64,000 bases of DNA from the IMG/VR virus record IMGVR_UViG_3300009788_000012, positions 292 through 64,291 of that record; one strand, given 5' to 3'. The notes under the pieces were generated by a model. It searched no databases. It was not told the DNA's origin and saw only the letters and a program-made list of their open reading frames with translations. The position numbers and the translations under genes were made by a program. Of this stretch, positions 17,940 through 27,281 are shown one piece after another (the stretch's first letter is position 1; each line of letters opens with the position of its first letter). This DNA is from a virus (Duplodnaviria; Caudoviricetes).

Positions 17940-19220
17940 CTATAGTGTTTCCAGAATGTCTTCCACTGTAACTCCCTGTTCGAGAAGTTTACCCAAGTCG
18001 CTGCGCTCATCCCTGGTCAGTACGCGCTTGAGTTTCTTTTCTACTTCCCTCTGCGCGCCGCCAAGTTTGCCGAGACGTCGCTTAGGCCTCTTGGACGCCT
18101 TGACCTCTGCGGCTGGCTTTTGGGCCGGCGTTGTGATCTCTGGGACTTCTGAAACCACCGGCTCTACGTCCCCCTTGCCGCCTACGGCAAACTCGGTTAT
18201 GCCAATCCCGGATGCGGACGAAGGCGGGGTAGCTTCGCGGGTATCAATCACATCGACATTGAGACCTCGTCGCGCGGCAGGAGAAACTGGGCCTTGTGCG
18301 GCGGGGGGTCCGCCGATCAAAGGCTGAATGCCCGCGAGTGATGCGGCGGTAAAGGCTGCGTCCTGGGCAGATAGCTGTGGATTCTGTTTAGCAATCACTT
18401 CTGTCATGCCATGAACCGACAATCCTAGCGGAGTTATTTCTCCAGTGCTGTCGATAAGGGCGCCAGTTGCCGGTTTGGTGACAATGCCCTTGGCGTTAAT
18501 AACTTCATCTCCAGATCCAATAGTGTTTATACCGCTGGTATTCAAGAACCCGATGGTCGCGTCAGGCGAGGGGATTATTGCCTTGGGCGTTTTAATCCCC
18601 CTGGCTTCAGTGGCGGCCACCCTGCGCTCGTCGAGCGCAAATTCTCTCTCCTTTAGATCTTGTGTCGCTTCCTCTTGGGTTATGCGTCTCCCTTCTCGCT
18701 CGAGCTGTGCTTCTCCGAGAGCAAACTTCTGTTCTTGAGATCGTCTTTCGAATTCCCTCTCTTGAACAACCTCTGGGCGAAGCGTCAGTCCCCTCGCCTG
18801 TCCATTGCTGGCGAAGCCATTTTCGCCCTGCAGTCCGCCCGGAGTCGTCGGGTCGAGTAACGCAGAGTCCGTGAACTGCTGTGCCGATTCAGGGGTGAAG
18901 CCCTGGGCAATGAGTCCAGTTGCGCCCTTCAGTCGTGCCTGGTTCCGACCAAAGCGAAGTCGTTCCTCAGAGAGGGCATCCTGGGCGGTCTGCCGGATGC
19001 GGTTCGTCTCGTCCATATCACGCTGCCGGCGAATCTGGAAGTCGAGGATCGTCTGGCGCCTCTTGGCCTGGATACCTCGGTTACGTGTCGCCTGGAATTG
19101 ACCAGGTTGTGGAGGTGCAACAACAGGCGCTATTCGAGTGAGCTGACCACCTGCGCCAGCGGCTTCTCGCAGCTCTCGCCTTGCTTCAAGCCCTCTGAAT
19201 CTTTGTCCGAATAGTGCCAT
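17940..19220 (-). CDS. putative internal virion (ejection) protein
   Basis: Ala/Gly/Gln/Arg-rich with coiled coils, directly upstream of the giant protein; GAAAGGA RBS. Confidence 0.55.
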   Translation of the reverse strand: MALFGQRFRGLEARRELREAAGAGGQLTRIAPVVAPPQPGQFQATRNRGIQAKRRQTILDFQIRRQRDMDETNRIRQTAQDALSEERLRFGRNQARLKGATGLIAQGFTPESAQQFTDSALLDPTTPGGLQGENGFASNGQARGLTLRPEVVQEREFERRSQEQKFALGEAQLEREGRRITQEEATQDLKEREFALDERRVAATEARGIKTPKAIIPSPDATIGFLNTSGINTIGSGDEVINAKGIVTKPATGALIDSTGEITPLGLSVHGMTEVIAKQNPQLSAQDAAFTAASLAGIQPLIGGPPAAQGPVSPAARRGLNVDVIDTREATPPSSASGIGITEFAVGGKGDVEPVVSEVPEITTPAQKPAAEVKASKRPKRRLGKLGGAQREVEKKLKRVLTRDERSDLGKLLEQGVTVEDILETL

Positions 19221-19246
19221 TTTATTTCCTTTCGTAATTTTCTTGT

Positions 19247-19276
19247 ATTTTACACCAAATGGGTGTTGTATTGCAA
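19247..19276 (-). promoter_or_regulatory. possible sigma70-type promoter
   Basis: TTGCAA-18 nt-TAAAAT filling the intergenic gap. Confidence 0.45.
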
Positions 19277-19277
19277 A

Positions 19278-20327
19278 TTATCCAAATGTGAGATCTCCTG
19301 AGATGTCGGCCATAACAAATTGGTCAGAACGTTTCAGATATCCAGACACTTCAAACCCCCTAAAAACTTGGTCTGGGAAAAACGCTGAGTTCGGAAACGG
19401 CACACTGCCCGGAAGTGCCATACTGACTTGAGGTATTGGCATAGTCCCTCCAACGTTGTAGGTAAAAGGGTATACCTCGTTCTCGGTTACGTCGTCGGGC
19501 GCAGGCCCTATAGACACATCTCCGGCAGAGGATGCGAAAGTAATTTCAGCATCCAATGAGCGATCTGGGGACGAGTCGTTAGAAGAAAACTTTGCTTCTA
19601 GACCAATCTGGCCCTTAGTAAAGATTCCGGGATGCGAACTTAGGTCGAAAACTCGCGTCCCGTCAGATGTAAGTACCACGGCTTTGTCTGCCCTCATAAA
19701 TAAGTTTGAGATGTCTCTCCCATAAGTCATTGTGAGGTGCGCTTCCGATAACACTCCTGCCAACGTTCCCAGGGCATTATAAGCGGAGTTCCACGCCTGA
19801 AGTACCTCTGCATTCGTGGTGTCTCCGTTCACACCTAATGCGTGAGCGACACGCCTTTCATCTACCTGGCTTATTAAAGACCTGGGTATCGTGTCAGTTT
19901 TATAATACACGATTATATCTAGAGCTTCCTTTATTTGGTCGTATATTCTATAGTCTGTTTGGTATGTCAGCGGTAGCCAAGTGTCTCCATAAGAACCCTC
20001 CGACAAGACGCGGGTTGATCCCAGAGCTATGCCTGAAAACTCGGTCTCGTCTGTTGCTCCTTTTGTGTGTATTGCATCTATACTGGTGTGCCTAGACTTC
20101 ATATTTTGCCTGATCGTGGCTATCAGCAATCTTAAATCTGTATCTCTCCTCATGCCGGAGAAATCGGAAGCCACCGGGAAACGCTTGCCCGCAATGGGCC
20201 ATGTTGTGGGGAACAAGTCCCCGAAGAGATCTTCTCTCTCATTAATGGCCCAGCAGAATTCCGCTAGAATTGTCGTCAGATTGTCTATCCTGACCCCGTC
20301 ATAATTTCCGTTGTTAAACCAAGCCAT
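19278..20327 (-). CDS. hypothetical virion protein
   Basis: 349-aa ORF inside the structural module. Confidence 0.55.
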   Translation of the reverse strand: MAWFNNGNYDGVRIDNLTTILAEFCWAINEREDLFGDLFPTTWPIAGKRFPVASDFSGMRRDTDLRLLIATIRQNMKSRHTSIDAIHTKGATDETEFSGIALGSTRVLSEGSYGDTWLPLTYQTDYRIYDQIKEALDIIVYYKTDTIPRSLISQVDERRVAHALGVNGDTTNAEVLQAWNSAYNALGTLAGVLSEAHLTMTYGRDISNLFMRADKAVVLTSDGTRVFDLSSHPGIFTKGQIGLEAKFSSNDSSPDRSLDAEITFASSAGDVSIGPAPDDVTENEVYPFTYNVGGTMPIPQVSMALPGSVPFPNSAFFPDQVFRGFEVSGYLKRSDQFVMADISGDLTFG

Positions 20328-20342
20328 CTATGCCTGCCCTCT

Positions 20343-20822
20343 TTATGATAAGAAAATTAAAGATATTCGATCCTCCCCAGACAGCACGGTGAGATCGTCA
20401 GTAGAATCGTATACAAGTTGACCGGGATTATCCCCTTCGTCTTGTATTGTTTTAATTCCGTGAGCATGACTAGCTCTGGCCAAAGCCTCTCCGCTACCTC
20501 CGTCAGATTCTCCACCGCCCCTTAGAACTGTTGCGGAGTCCCCCCTCACAACACCAGAAACTTCTTCCTCCTCTGTTGTTGGCGCCCGCGCAGCACCTTC
20601 CACAACCAGATCGGGGGGTATCTCTTCCGTCCTGCCTCCGATGCCGTCCTGCCTGGGCGCTGTCAACACATCAATCTGCGCCCTTAGCACCTCGACAATC
20701 TCCTGCAGTTCTCGAATGGTCTTCTGGGCAGCGGGGTCTTGTACTTCGTTCGGCATGGTCATGCCTTGGATCTGCGACCTGTGGCGCGATCTGATTATGT
20801 CAACCATTATTTCTCTCCTCAC
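20343..20822 (-). CDS. hypothetical virion protein (start uncertain)
   Basis: Follows the nozzle-like gene; short coiled coil and an ARASHAH fibre-like motif. Confidence 0.5.
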   Translation of the reverse strand: MRREIMVDIIRSRHRSQIQGMTMPNEVQDPAAQKTIRELQEIVEVLRAQIDVLTAPRQDGIGGRTEEIPPDLVVEGAARAPTTEEEEVSGVVRGDSATVLRGGGESDGGSGEALARASHAHGIKTIQDEGDNPGQLVYDSTDDLTVLSGEDRISLIFLS

Positions 20823-23800
20823 GCACGTTGCAGTACCCCCATGCTGGTGGCAACGCCAAGCTCGACGATATCCATGTCCGGCTTAGACGTGGTGACAGCC
20901 AATTCCCATTCGCGCTCTGGGCGCATCTGCGGCAAGCGGATGGCGTCATCGCTCGAGATAACTACATTAGTGATCCTTGTTCCGTTCACGAAGAACTCAA
21001 GATTGATCGTGGCGCCGCCGCTGTAGTCGGCCAACACCCGCGCACACGAGAAGGCCGTAGGTCGTGCTGCCGTTATCCTGGTACTCGACCACGTGTATGG
21101 AATGTCGTCACGCTTGATTATTACTGCACCATTGGCCGGCATTTGAATTGGCCGCACCATTTGAATTAAGACCTCGTTGACAGTGTCGTTCGAGCCTCGA
21201 CCATCAGAACGGTAATCTCCCGTATCTGGCCCAAAGTCAAACTTGAAAGACTCGCATCGAGGGAGGTTAATCCTCATCTCTTTGCCGGACGTGATCTTTA
21301 CATCGGTCGGCGTGGTGGACCCGTCCAGATAAAAGCGCATCGTGAGCGTCTCTGACGTTGAGTCAACGCGGACGTTTGCTATCTGGTGGCCACCATCCAG
21401 CTCGTAGACCTTTTGTGACCAAGGGGTCAGTCTCATCTCCCCGACGCGCTCCCTCACTATGGTTCCCGTAGGGATAGACTGCCTGGGTATAATAGCAACG
21501 CTTCTTATCTTAGGCTGCTCTGCGTTTTCGCAAAAGATGTCCAGGGTCCAGTTCTCGTGATTGGTCATGGTCGGGGCAAAATAAGCCGGCCTACCGTCTG
21601 ATATGCCTCGGAGGTATTGTATTCCGTCGCTATCGGTCAGGCTGATGATTATAGGCTTGCTTTCTGGATACCAGTCGGCGCTCACGATAATCGCACCCCA
21701 AGATCCCGGGGACACCATCTTGTATCGAATGCGCCTGATCGACTCTGGTTGCTCAAGGGTAACTGTATCGCCCACACCTTGTTCAATGTCAGCGAACAAG
21801 GTAACGCTTCGAACCTCGTCGGTGTCGGCAGCGCTGAACGCTATATCGAACTCGGTTCCCCAAATATCCAGGGGAACTTCGTTGTTTAGATCTGTGTCGG
21901 ACACTACGCCATTGTAATTTGAGGTAGTGCTCGGCTCGGGTGTTCCCAGCTCTACAAAATAGCGACCGCTACTAGACCTGTTTGTGGTTATTGGCGGAGT
22001 CGCTGCGACAACTTGAGCTGTACTCCTGGTTCTGGATTCAGATACCGAATTGGTCTCTGACCCGTCCGCATACACCTCGAGAGTAACAGGGTAACTGTTT
22101 GACTGTACAACTGCGCTTTTGATATTTACCCGCTCAGAGAATCGAACCCGCTGCCAAAACCATGGCGGGGGGGAGTTGGCTCTCTTGTTCCATCGCGCGG
22201 TACCGGCGACATCTTGAACTTGAAGGGGAATCAGATTGAGCGTTTGTATCTCTTCGGTGTCGGCAATATCTACTTCCCAAAGCGACGCCTCCGGGAGCGT
22301 CCGGGGCAGTTGGAAGTAGTCCGCATTACCTACTGCTTTATTGAAGACTTCTACGCCGTCAGCACGAAGTATCAGATTAAGGCCAGCATAGTTTGACGCG
22401 CCTATAGAGCAAGCCGCAAACGATCCCTTGTCAGGGAACCTGTAGCGCAACCCTCGCCACGTGTGAGATCCAGAGAGACTAACTCCTTCGCTAGTAATCT
22501 GCTGTGTATCTGCCGCAAAGAGGAAAACCTCGTTGATTAAGTGGTTGTCCGCGCCGAATGAAATATCTACAGCGTGGGCGCGGACCTCACCTATGAATCC
22601 ATCGAATTCGCTATAGGTGGTCGGGAGCAGAATCTCTTGAGCATTCTCGATGACCATTGTCCTGGTCGATTCGTCTGCCCCTTCAATGTACGTATTCATA
22701 GTGACCGGGTAGCTATCTGAGCGGACGATGATGCTCTTTACTTCTTCTTCTCCGACGAACTCATATCGCGCATGAATCCACGGAGGAAATCCGTTTTCGT
22801 TGCTACCGACACGGATAATCTTACCGGATTGTACCTGCGATCTTGGGAGAAGGGTCACGCTGTATACCTGAGTGCTGGCGATGACGTCAATCTCCCACAG
22901 CGTGGCCTCAGTCAGCGTGCGAGGAAGCTCGAAGGCGTTTCCGTTTTGGACTATCTCGTTGTACACTTCGACGCCGTCTGCATAGATGATCATAGTGACG
23001 TTGCCTATTGACTCGTTATCGAGATTTTCGCCAATCCCATAATCATCAGCGACTACCTGAGCAGCGACGAATTTGCCCCTGTCAGGAAAGGAGAATAAAT
23101 TGCCTCGCCAAGACTGCGCATTGACCATGTTAATGGCGCCACCGCTTGGCAACTGGTTGACCATTCTTGTGGTGAACAAAACCTTATTGACCTTGTAATC
23201 GTCACCGCCGAAATCAAATTCAAGAGAGCTACACCTAATGTCGTCGAATCTGTATTCCTCGTCGTTGGTCAGCAGCACGGTTGTCGCCGTGTCGGAACCG
23301 TTAAGGTAGAGATTGACTGTGATATTTCCGCCGGCTTCTACGGTAAGTCCTTTGAGGAACGTCTGGGAGTCAACACACTCGTATCGCTTAAATAGCCACG
23401 GCTGAACGATGGACTTAAATTCGCTCAGGGTCTTACCCACGGGCTGCGTTTGCTGCGCGAACAGTGTAAGGCTGTTTACCTTACCTGTCGTAATAACCTC
23501 AACGCGCCACAGATCTGAATCGGCGATTGTCTTAGGCAGAGAGAACACGGTGCCGCTGGTCACAGCCTCTGTGTGCCTCAGCACTTTGCCGTTCTCGTGG
23601 AACTTGATCGTAGCCGTCCCTGCTCCTTCGAAAGAACATGTTCCCGCAACGAAATGCCCTCGATCTGGAAACTCAAGCCAGATAGACTCCCATACCGGGG
23701 TGTTTTCTGGAGTCAATTGAACGACGCTTCCCGCTTCGCGAACTTGACGTTCGAAAAATTCCATGCTGCGCACGGTGTTGTTGGTCCTGACCTCAAACTC

Positions 23801-25873
23801 CCACTCTCGCGAATGGTTCATGTAGGTAATGCCTTCCTCGTCAGTGTCGGAGGCCGCTGGAGGTGGCGCATATCTAGGGGGAGACGCGCTGCCGTTAATT
23901 ACTTCAGGAGGGATACCGCCCGCCCCGACAACGCCTGTATTTTTAGTCACGTCATTTGCTTCGAACTGGCCAAGCAGAACAGGCGTGTCGTCCGGAATGG
24001 TGTAGGTCGCCGTTGTGGCACCACCCGTTACAATAATGTCCACCTCTCCGTCGGCCACGATACGGGCGTACTCGAACAGGGTGGGTTGGTCAAAGCGGTA
24101 CCTGCGAGATTTCCAATGGGTAGTCTTCTCAGCGACTGTGACGGGAGGAGTTACGAGGCTTCGAGCGAATCGCGGATATCTATCAGGGACGGACTTCTCC
24201 ACCCCAAAAGTAGTCACCGCGAGAGACGAGTCTAGGTCAAACCTAACTCCAAAATCCGTTGGAGCCTGGGCGTACACAACCCTGCCTTCTACACTAACCG
24301 CCATTGCAGCCGGATTAAATTCTTGCCACTGATCCTTTGTAAAGTGGTTCTGTGTTATGATAGATACACCGTTGGCGTTAGCGGCTGCTAAACCGTCGTC
24401 GGTGGCGTAATACGCTGTCTGACCCAGTTGCGCGAGTCCGGCTTGCGACAGAAGGGGGTGGGCTTTCGAAATTATATACTTGCTCATTATTTTAGGATTA
24501 CTGCCAGACACACCGAAGACTCTGCCGCCGCCCTCTTCATTGGTCGTGAATACAAGAATAGTGTTTCCAGTGATAGCTATGCTAACAATGTCTTCTTGGA
24601 AAGGAACGGTGTTCTCATCCGGCCAGGACCAAAATCTAAAAATATCCGATAGGTACAACGTCTTCTCGAAGAAAGCGACAGCGAATTGCGCGGGGTGTAC
24701 TACTATCCCGGACAGAAATTGATCCTTGTCTACGCCTGCGGGGTAGTTGCCAAATGGTGGGATAATCTCGCCCTGAAGAAATGGTCTCGGCTCAAACACT
24801 GTCGCCAGATTAATGTCGTCGACTAAAAGGAAGTTGTCAGTGCCCGTGGCGCTGCGATAGAGTCTGTTCTTGTTGTACAACCCTCCTCCGCCAACCTCAT
24901 CATCCGGGATGTTGGCGAACGGAGTATTGAGCGTCAGGAACTGTCCAGGCATCACGGTAATTAATTCACTCACTTCTGATGGCGGACCCTCTTCTCCCGG
25001 GTCTTCGCTGGTTAGCATAGACTGAACGTAGAACAGGTGCTGTCTCGTTCTTAGGACGTAGTTCAGGTTCACAATAAACGTGACGATGCCTTCGTTTCCA
25101 GAAACAAACCTATCGTCCTGACCAGGAAATGTATAAGTGACAGTCGGGCTAAAGTCTGTGTTCAAAAACTCGTTGTCGAACTTTGGGCCTTTCACATCAA
25201 TAGGTTGGAAGCTACCGTAGATATGGCTTCCGTACCCCGGCGCCGAAATAGTCAGAGGAACGTTCCCTCCGGGCAACTCAGGATCTTCAAGTGTTACTGG
25301 ATTTGGATGTGATATGGTCTCATCTGGTCCACCAATACTGAATTGCGAAAAGTGGAATTGATAATGAGGCCCGCGAAAACTGTAAGGGATATCGATATCG
25401 AAGTTGGCCCAGAAGCCATGCATTTTGCAGACCAACTCCAGACCAGTATCGGTGTATCGGGTGTCTAGTATTTCAAGATTGTCGGCATACCTCTCTACCT
25501 CATAGGTTCCGTTGGTTGGGTGAATCCACGACTTCCAAGCGTAGGCAGTAATACTCAACCATTCTGCTGGTTTGCAGGCATAATCTACCGACTTTTTGCT
25601 TGGAGGATTTGGCTTGGCAATTCTAATCAAGTCTTCAGCAGGTATCTCATTTTTCAGCAGACCATTCTCGTCGACATTACTGTCTTTTGGAGTGGATGTG
25701 GCCGGAATCCATCCAGACACACCGTTGGCGGTGGGGTCGTTGACCACAGAGACAGGCACCAGGGCACCCGAAGTAAGCTCGCAGTTGTGTGCTATCTGCG
25801 CACCTTCTTCGGGCAGCTTGTCTGGCTGAAGTCTCGGAATCAGTCCGTCAAATTTATTGATACGGATCGGCAT
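20819..25873 (-). CDS. tail tubular B / stabilisation (nozzle)-like protein with tandemly amplified C-terminal domain
   Basis: N-terminus IRINKFDGLIPRL...LPEEGAQIAHNCELTSGAL, EEGPPS, RLYRS, WSWP and YATDDGL resemble podophage nozzle proteins; ~10 repeats of ~100 aa in the C-terminal two thirds. Confidence 0.7.
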   Translation of the reverse strand: MPIRINKFDGLIPRLQPDKLPEEGAQIAHNCELTSGALVPVSVVNDPTANGVSGWIPATSTPKDSNVDENGLLKNEIPAEDLIRIAKPNPPSKKSVDYACKPAEWLSITAYAWKSWIHPTNGTYEVERYADNLEILDTRYTDTGLELVCKMHGFWANFDIDIPYSFRGPHYQFHFSQFSIGGPDETISHPNPVTLEDPELPGGNVPLTISAPGYGSHIYGSFQPIDVKGPKFDNEFLNTDFSPTVTYTFPGQDDRFVSGNEGIVTFIVNLNYVLRTRQHLFYVQSMLTSEDPGEEGPPSEVSELITVMPGQFLTLNTPFANIPDDEVGGGGLYNKNRLYRSATGTDNFLLVDDINLATVFEPRPFLQGEIIPPFGNYPAGVDKDQFLSGIVVHPAQFAVAFFEKTLYLSDIFRFWSWPDENTVPFQEDIVSIAITGNTILVFTTNEEGGGRVFGVSGSNPKIMSKYIISKAHPLLSQAGLAQLGQTAYYATDDGLAAANANGVSIITQNHFTKDQWQEFNPAAMAVSVEGRVVYAQAPTDFGVRFDLDSSLAVTTFGVEKSVPDRYPRFARSLVTPPVTVAEKTTHWKSRRYRFDQPTLFEYARIVADGEVDIIVTGGATTATYTIPDDTPVLLGQFEANDVTKNTGVVGAGGIPPEVINGSASPPRYAPPPAASDTDEEGITYMNHSREWEFEVRTNNTVRSMEFFERQVREAGSVVQLTPENTPVWESIWLEFPDRGHFVAGTCSFEGAGTATIKFHENGKVLRHTEAVTSGTVFSLPKTIADSDLWRVEVITTGKVNSLTLFAQQTQPVGKTLSEFKSIVQPWLFKRYECVDSQTFLKGLTVEAGGNITVNLYLNGSDTATTVLLTNDEEYRFDDIRCSSLEFDFGGDDYKVNKVLFTTRMVNQLPSGGAINMVNAQSWRGNLFSFPDRGKFVAAQVVADDYGIGENLDNESIGNVTMIIYADGVEVYNEIVQNGNAFELPRTLTEATLWEIDVIASTQVYSVTLLPRSQVQSGKIIRVGSNENGFPPWIHARYEFVGEEEVKSIIVRSDSYPVTMNTYIEGADESTRTMVIENAQEILLPTTYSEFDGFIGEVRAHAVDISFGADNHLINEVFLFAADTQQITSEGVSLSGSHTWRGLRYRFPDKGSFAACSIGASNYAGLNLILRADGVEVFNKAVGNADYFQLPRTLPEASLWEVDIADTEEIQTLNLIPLQVQDVAGTARWNKRANSPPPWFWQRVRFSERVNIKSAVVQSNSYPVTLEVYADGSETNSVSESRTRSTAQVVAATPPITTNRSSSGRYFVELGTPEPSTTSNYNGVVSDTDLNNEVPLDIWGTEFDIAFSAADTDEVRSVTLFADIEQGVGDTVTLEQPESIRRIRYKMVSPGSWGAIIVSADWYPESKPIIISLTDSDGIQYLRGISDGRPAYFAPTMTNHENWTLDIFCENAEQPKIRSVAIIPRQSIPTGTIVRERVGEMRLTPWSQKVYELDGGHQIANVRVDSTSETLTMRFYLDGSTTPTDVKITSGKEMRINLPRCESFKFDFGPDTGDYRSDGRGSNDTVNEVLIQMVRPIQMPANGAVIIKRDDIPYTWSSTRITAARPTAFSCARVLADYSGGATINLEFFVNGTRITNVVISSDDAIRLPQMRPEREWELAVTTSKPDMDIVELGVATSMGVLQRA

Positions 25874-25890
25874 TAAGGAGGTGTTCCTTT

Positions 25891-26265
25891 CTAGGCCGGG
25901 TCAAGGATCTCAATGTCAAACGCGGGAACTGTCACGGTATTACCAGACGTCACAGATTGAGACACTGTCGTGGTAACGTAAAGCAGGGTAGACCCATCAT
26001 CAAGAGAGATGTGCGTACCGGTGCCCGTGGTGTCGACGGTAACGCTCGCCTGTTGACCTACGGTGATCTTGCGACCGCTGGTGTCACCATCTCCCACAAC
26101 GTAGTCGCCATTGCCGTCACCAGCCGTGAGAACAACGTCCGCTAGGCTCACGGCAGCAATACCCGCAAAGTTGGCCGGCTCGCCCGAGCAGAGATTCATG
26201 TTGACGCAGGTCGCGATCTTGTCCATTGCCGCATCTAGTACAGCATCATTAACTGATTTAGCCAT
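25891..26265 (-). CDS. small tail-associated structural protein
   Basis: Beta-rich, GTGTH...QSVTSGNTVTVPAFDI pattern common in phage tail/fibre accessory proteins. Confidence 0.6.
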   Translation of the reverse strand: MAKSVNDAVLDAAMDKIATCVNMNLCSGEPANFAGIAAVSLADVVLTAGDGNGDYVVGDGDTSGRKITVGQQASVTVDTTGTGTHISLDDGSTLLYVTTTVSQSVTSGNTVTVPAFDIEILDPA

Positions 26266-26295
26266 TTGTCTTATTCCTTTACCGCCTCGCGGTGT

Positions 26296-27012
26296 TTAGA
26301 CTACCAGCGTCACTTCGTCGGCAGTGTGTTCGTGTTCCGCGTCCTCTACGGATAAGTCCGCATGAACGATAATCGGTGTTACCTGGTCGGCCAAATGTGT
26401 GTGTTCGCAATCGCCCACAACTAGCTCTATGTCTGAGAAGAATTCTGCCATTGTGTCAGTCATAATGTGGCTGACGTCTGGAACTATTAGTATTGCGTTA
26501 TCCGTAAACGTCAGCTTGTCAGCAACGTGCCCGTGCTGGCAACCGTCTATTTCGAGAATGGATACCATCGACGCACTCTCGGCTGTATGGCCATGCACGC
26601 ATGAATTGACGGTTATTCCGGCCTCGAGCGCACCAAGATTGTCTATAAAGGCGTGCTCAGCATCATTGACCGTCAGGTCGAAGTGAGCCGAAACTGTTAG
26701 CTGCGGCACGGTATGCCCATGTTCCGCATCGTCCACCACTAGTGTTGGGCTGAACTCCGGAACAGTCGACCGCATTACCATATGGCTGTCAAGACCGATT
26801 AGCGTAGCGGTCAAGATTATTGGCGTTACCTGGTCAACCGTGTGTACAAGCTCTCCATCCGCTACGGATAGATCAGCATGAACAATTATTGGCGTAACAT
26901 TCTCAACGGTGTGAGAATGCGAAGCTCCGCCATCACGAATCCAGACATACTCATCTGTTTCGCGAAATGTTCCGGCGAGAGCTACGCTACCTATTACACC
27001 GCCACCGAGCAT
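26296..27012 (-). CDS. His/Val-rich repetitive structural protein
   Basis: About ten 19-21-aa repeats of LxVxDxxHxHTxD; near-exact VTPIIVHADLSV duplication. Confidence 0.6.
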   Translation of the reverse strand: MLGGGVIGSVALAGTFRETDEYVWIRDGGASHSHTVENVTPIIVHADLSVADGELVHTVDQVTPIILTATLIGLDSHMVMRSTVPEFSPTLVVDDAEHGHTVPQLTVSAHFDLTVNDAEHAFIDNLGALEAGITVNSCVHGHTAESASMVSILEIDGCQHGHVADKLTFTDNAILIVPDVSHIMTDTMAEFFSDIELVVGDCEHTHLADQVTPIIVHADLSVEDAEHEHTADEVTLVV

Positions 27013-27266
27013 TAGGCTTCCTCGGCTGCCACAATTGCGTTATATTTGTCTGTCGCCAGCGCAATCAGCGCGTCATCTGCTCCAGGCACAAGTGCATCAA
27101 TTGCGCCCAGGAGCGCATGTTTTTGCTCGGCCACACTCGGGCCGGGATCCATGAGTGTTTTGAACTCTTGTTTCTGTGGTGCCGTGAGATTGGATTTAAG
27201 CCAGTCGAACACTACACCTGGGTTCTGCTGAATCTCACGCAAAATTGCTTTGTCTCTTCGTGCCAT
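27012..27266 (-). CDS. hypothetical protein
   Basis: 84-aa ORF with AAGGA RBS, coupled to the next gene. Confidence 0.55.
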   Translation of the reverse strand: MARRDKAILREIQQNPGVVFDWLKSNLTAPQKQEFKTLMDPGPSVAEQKHALLGAIDALVPGADDALIALATDKYNAIVAAEEA

Positions 27267-27281
27267 TGCTTCGAATCCTTC

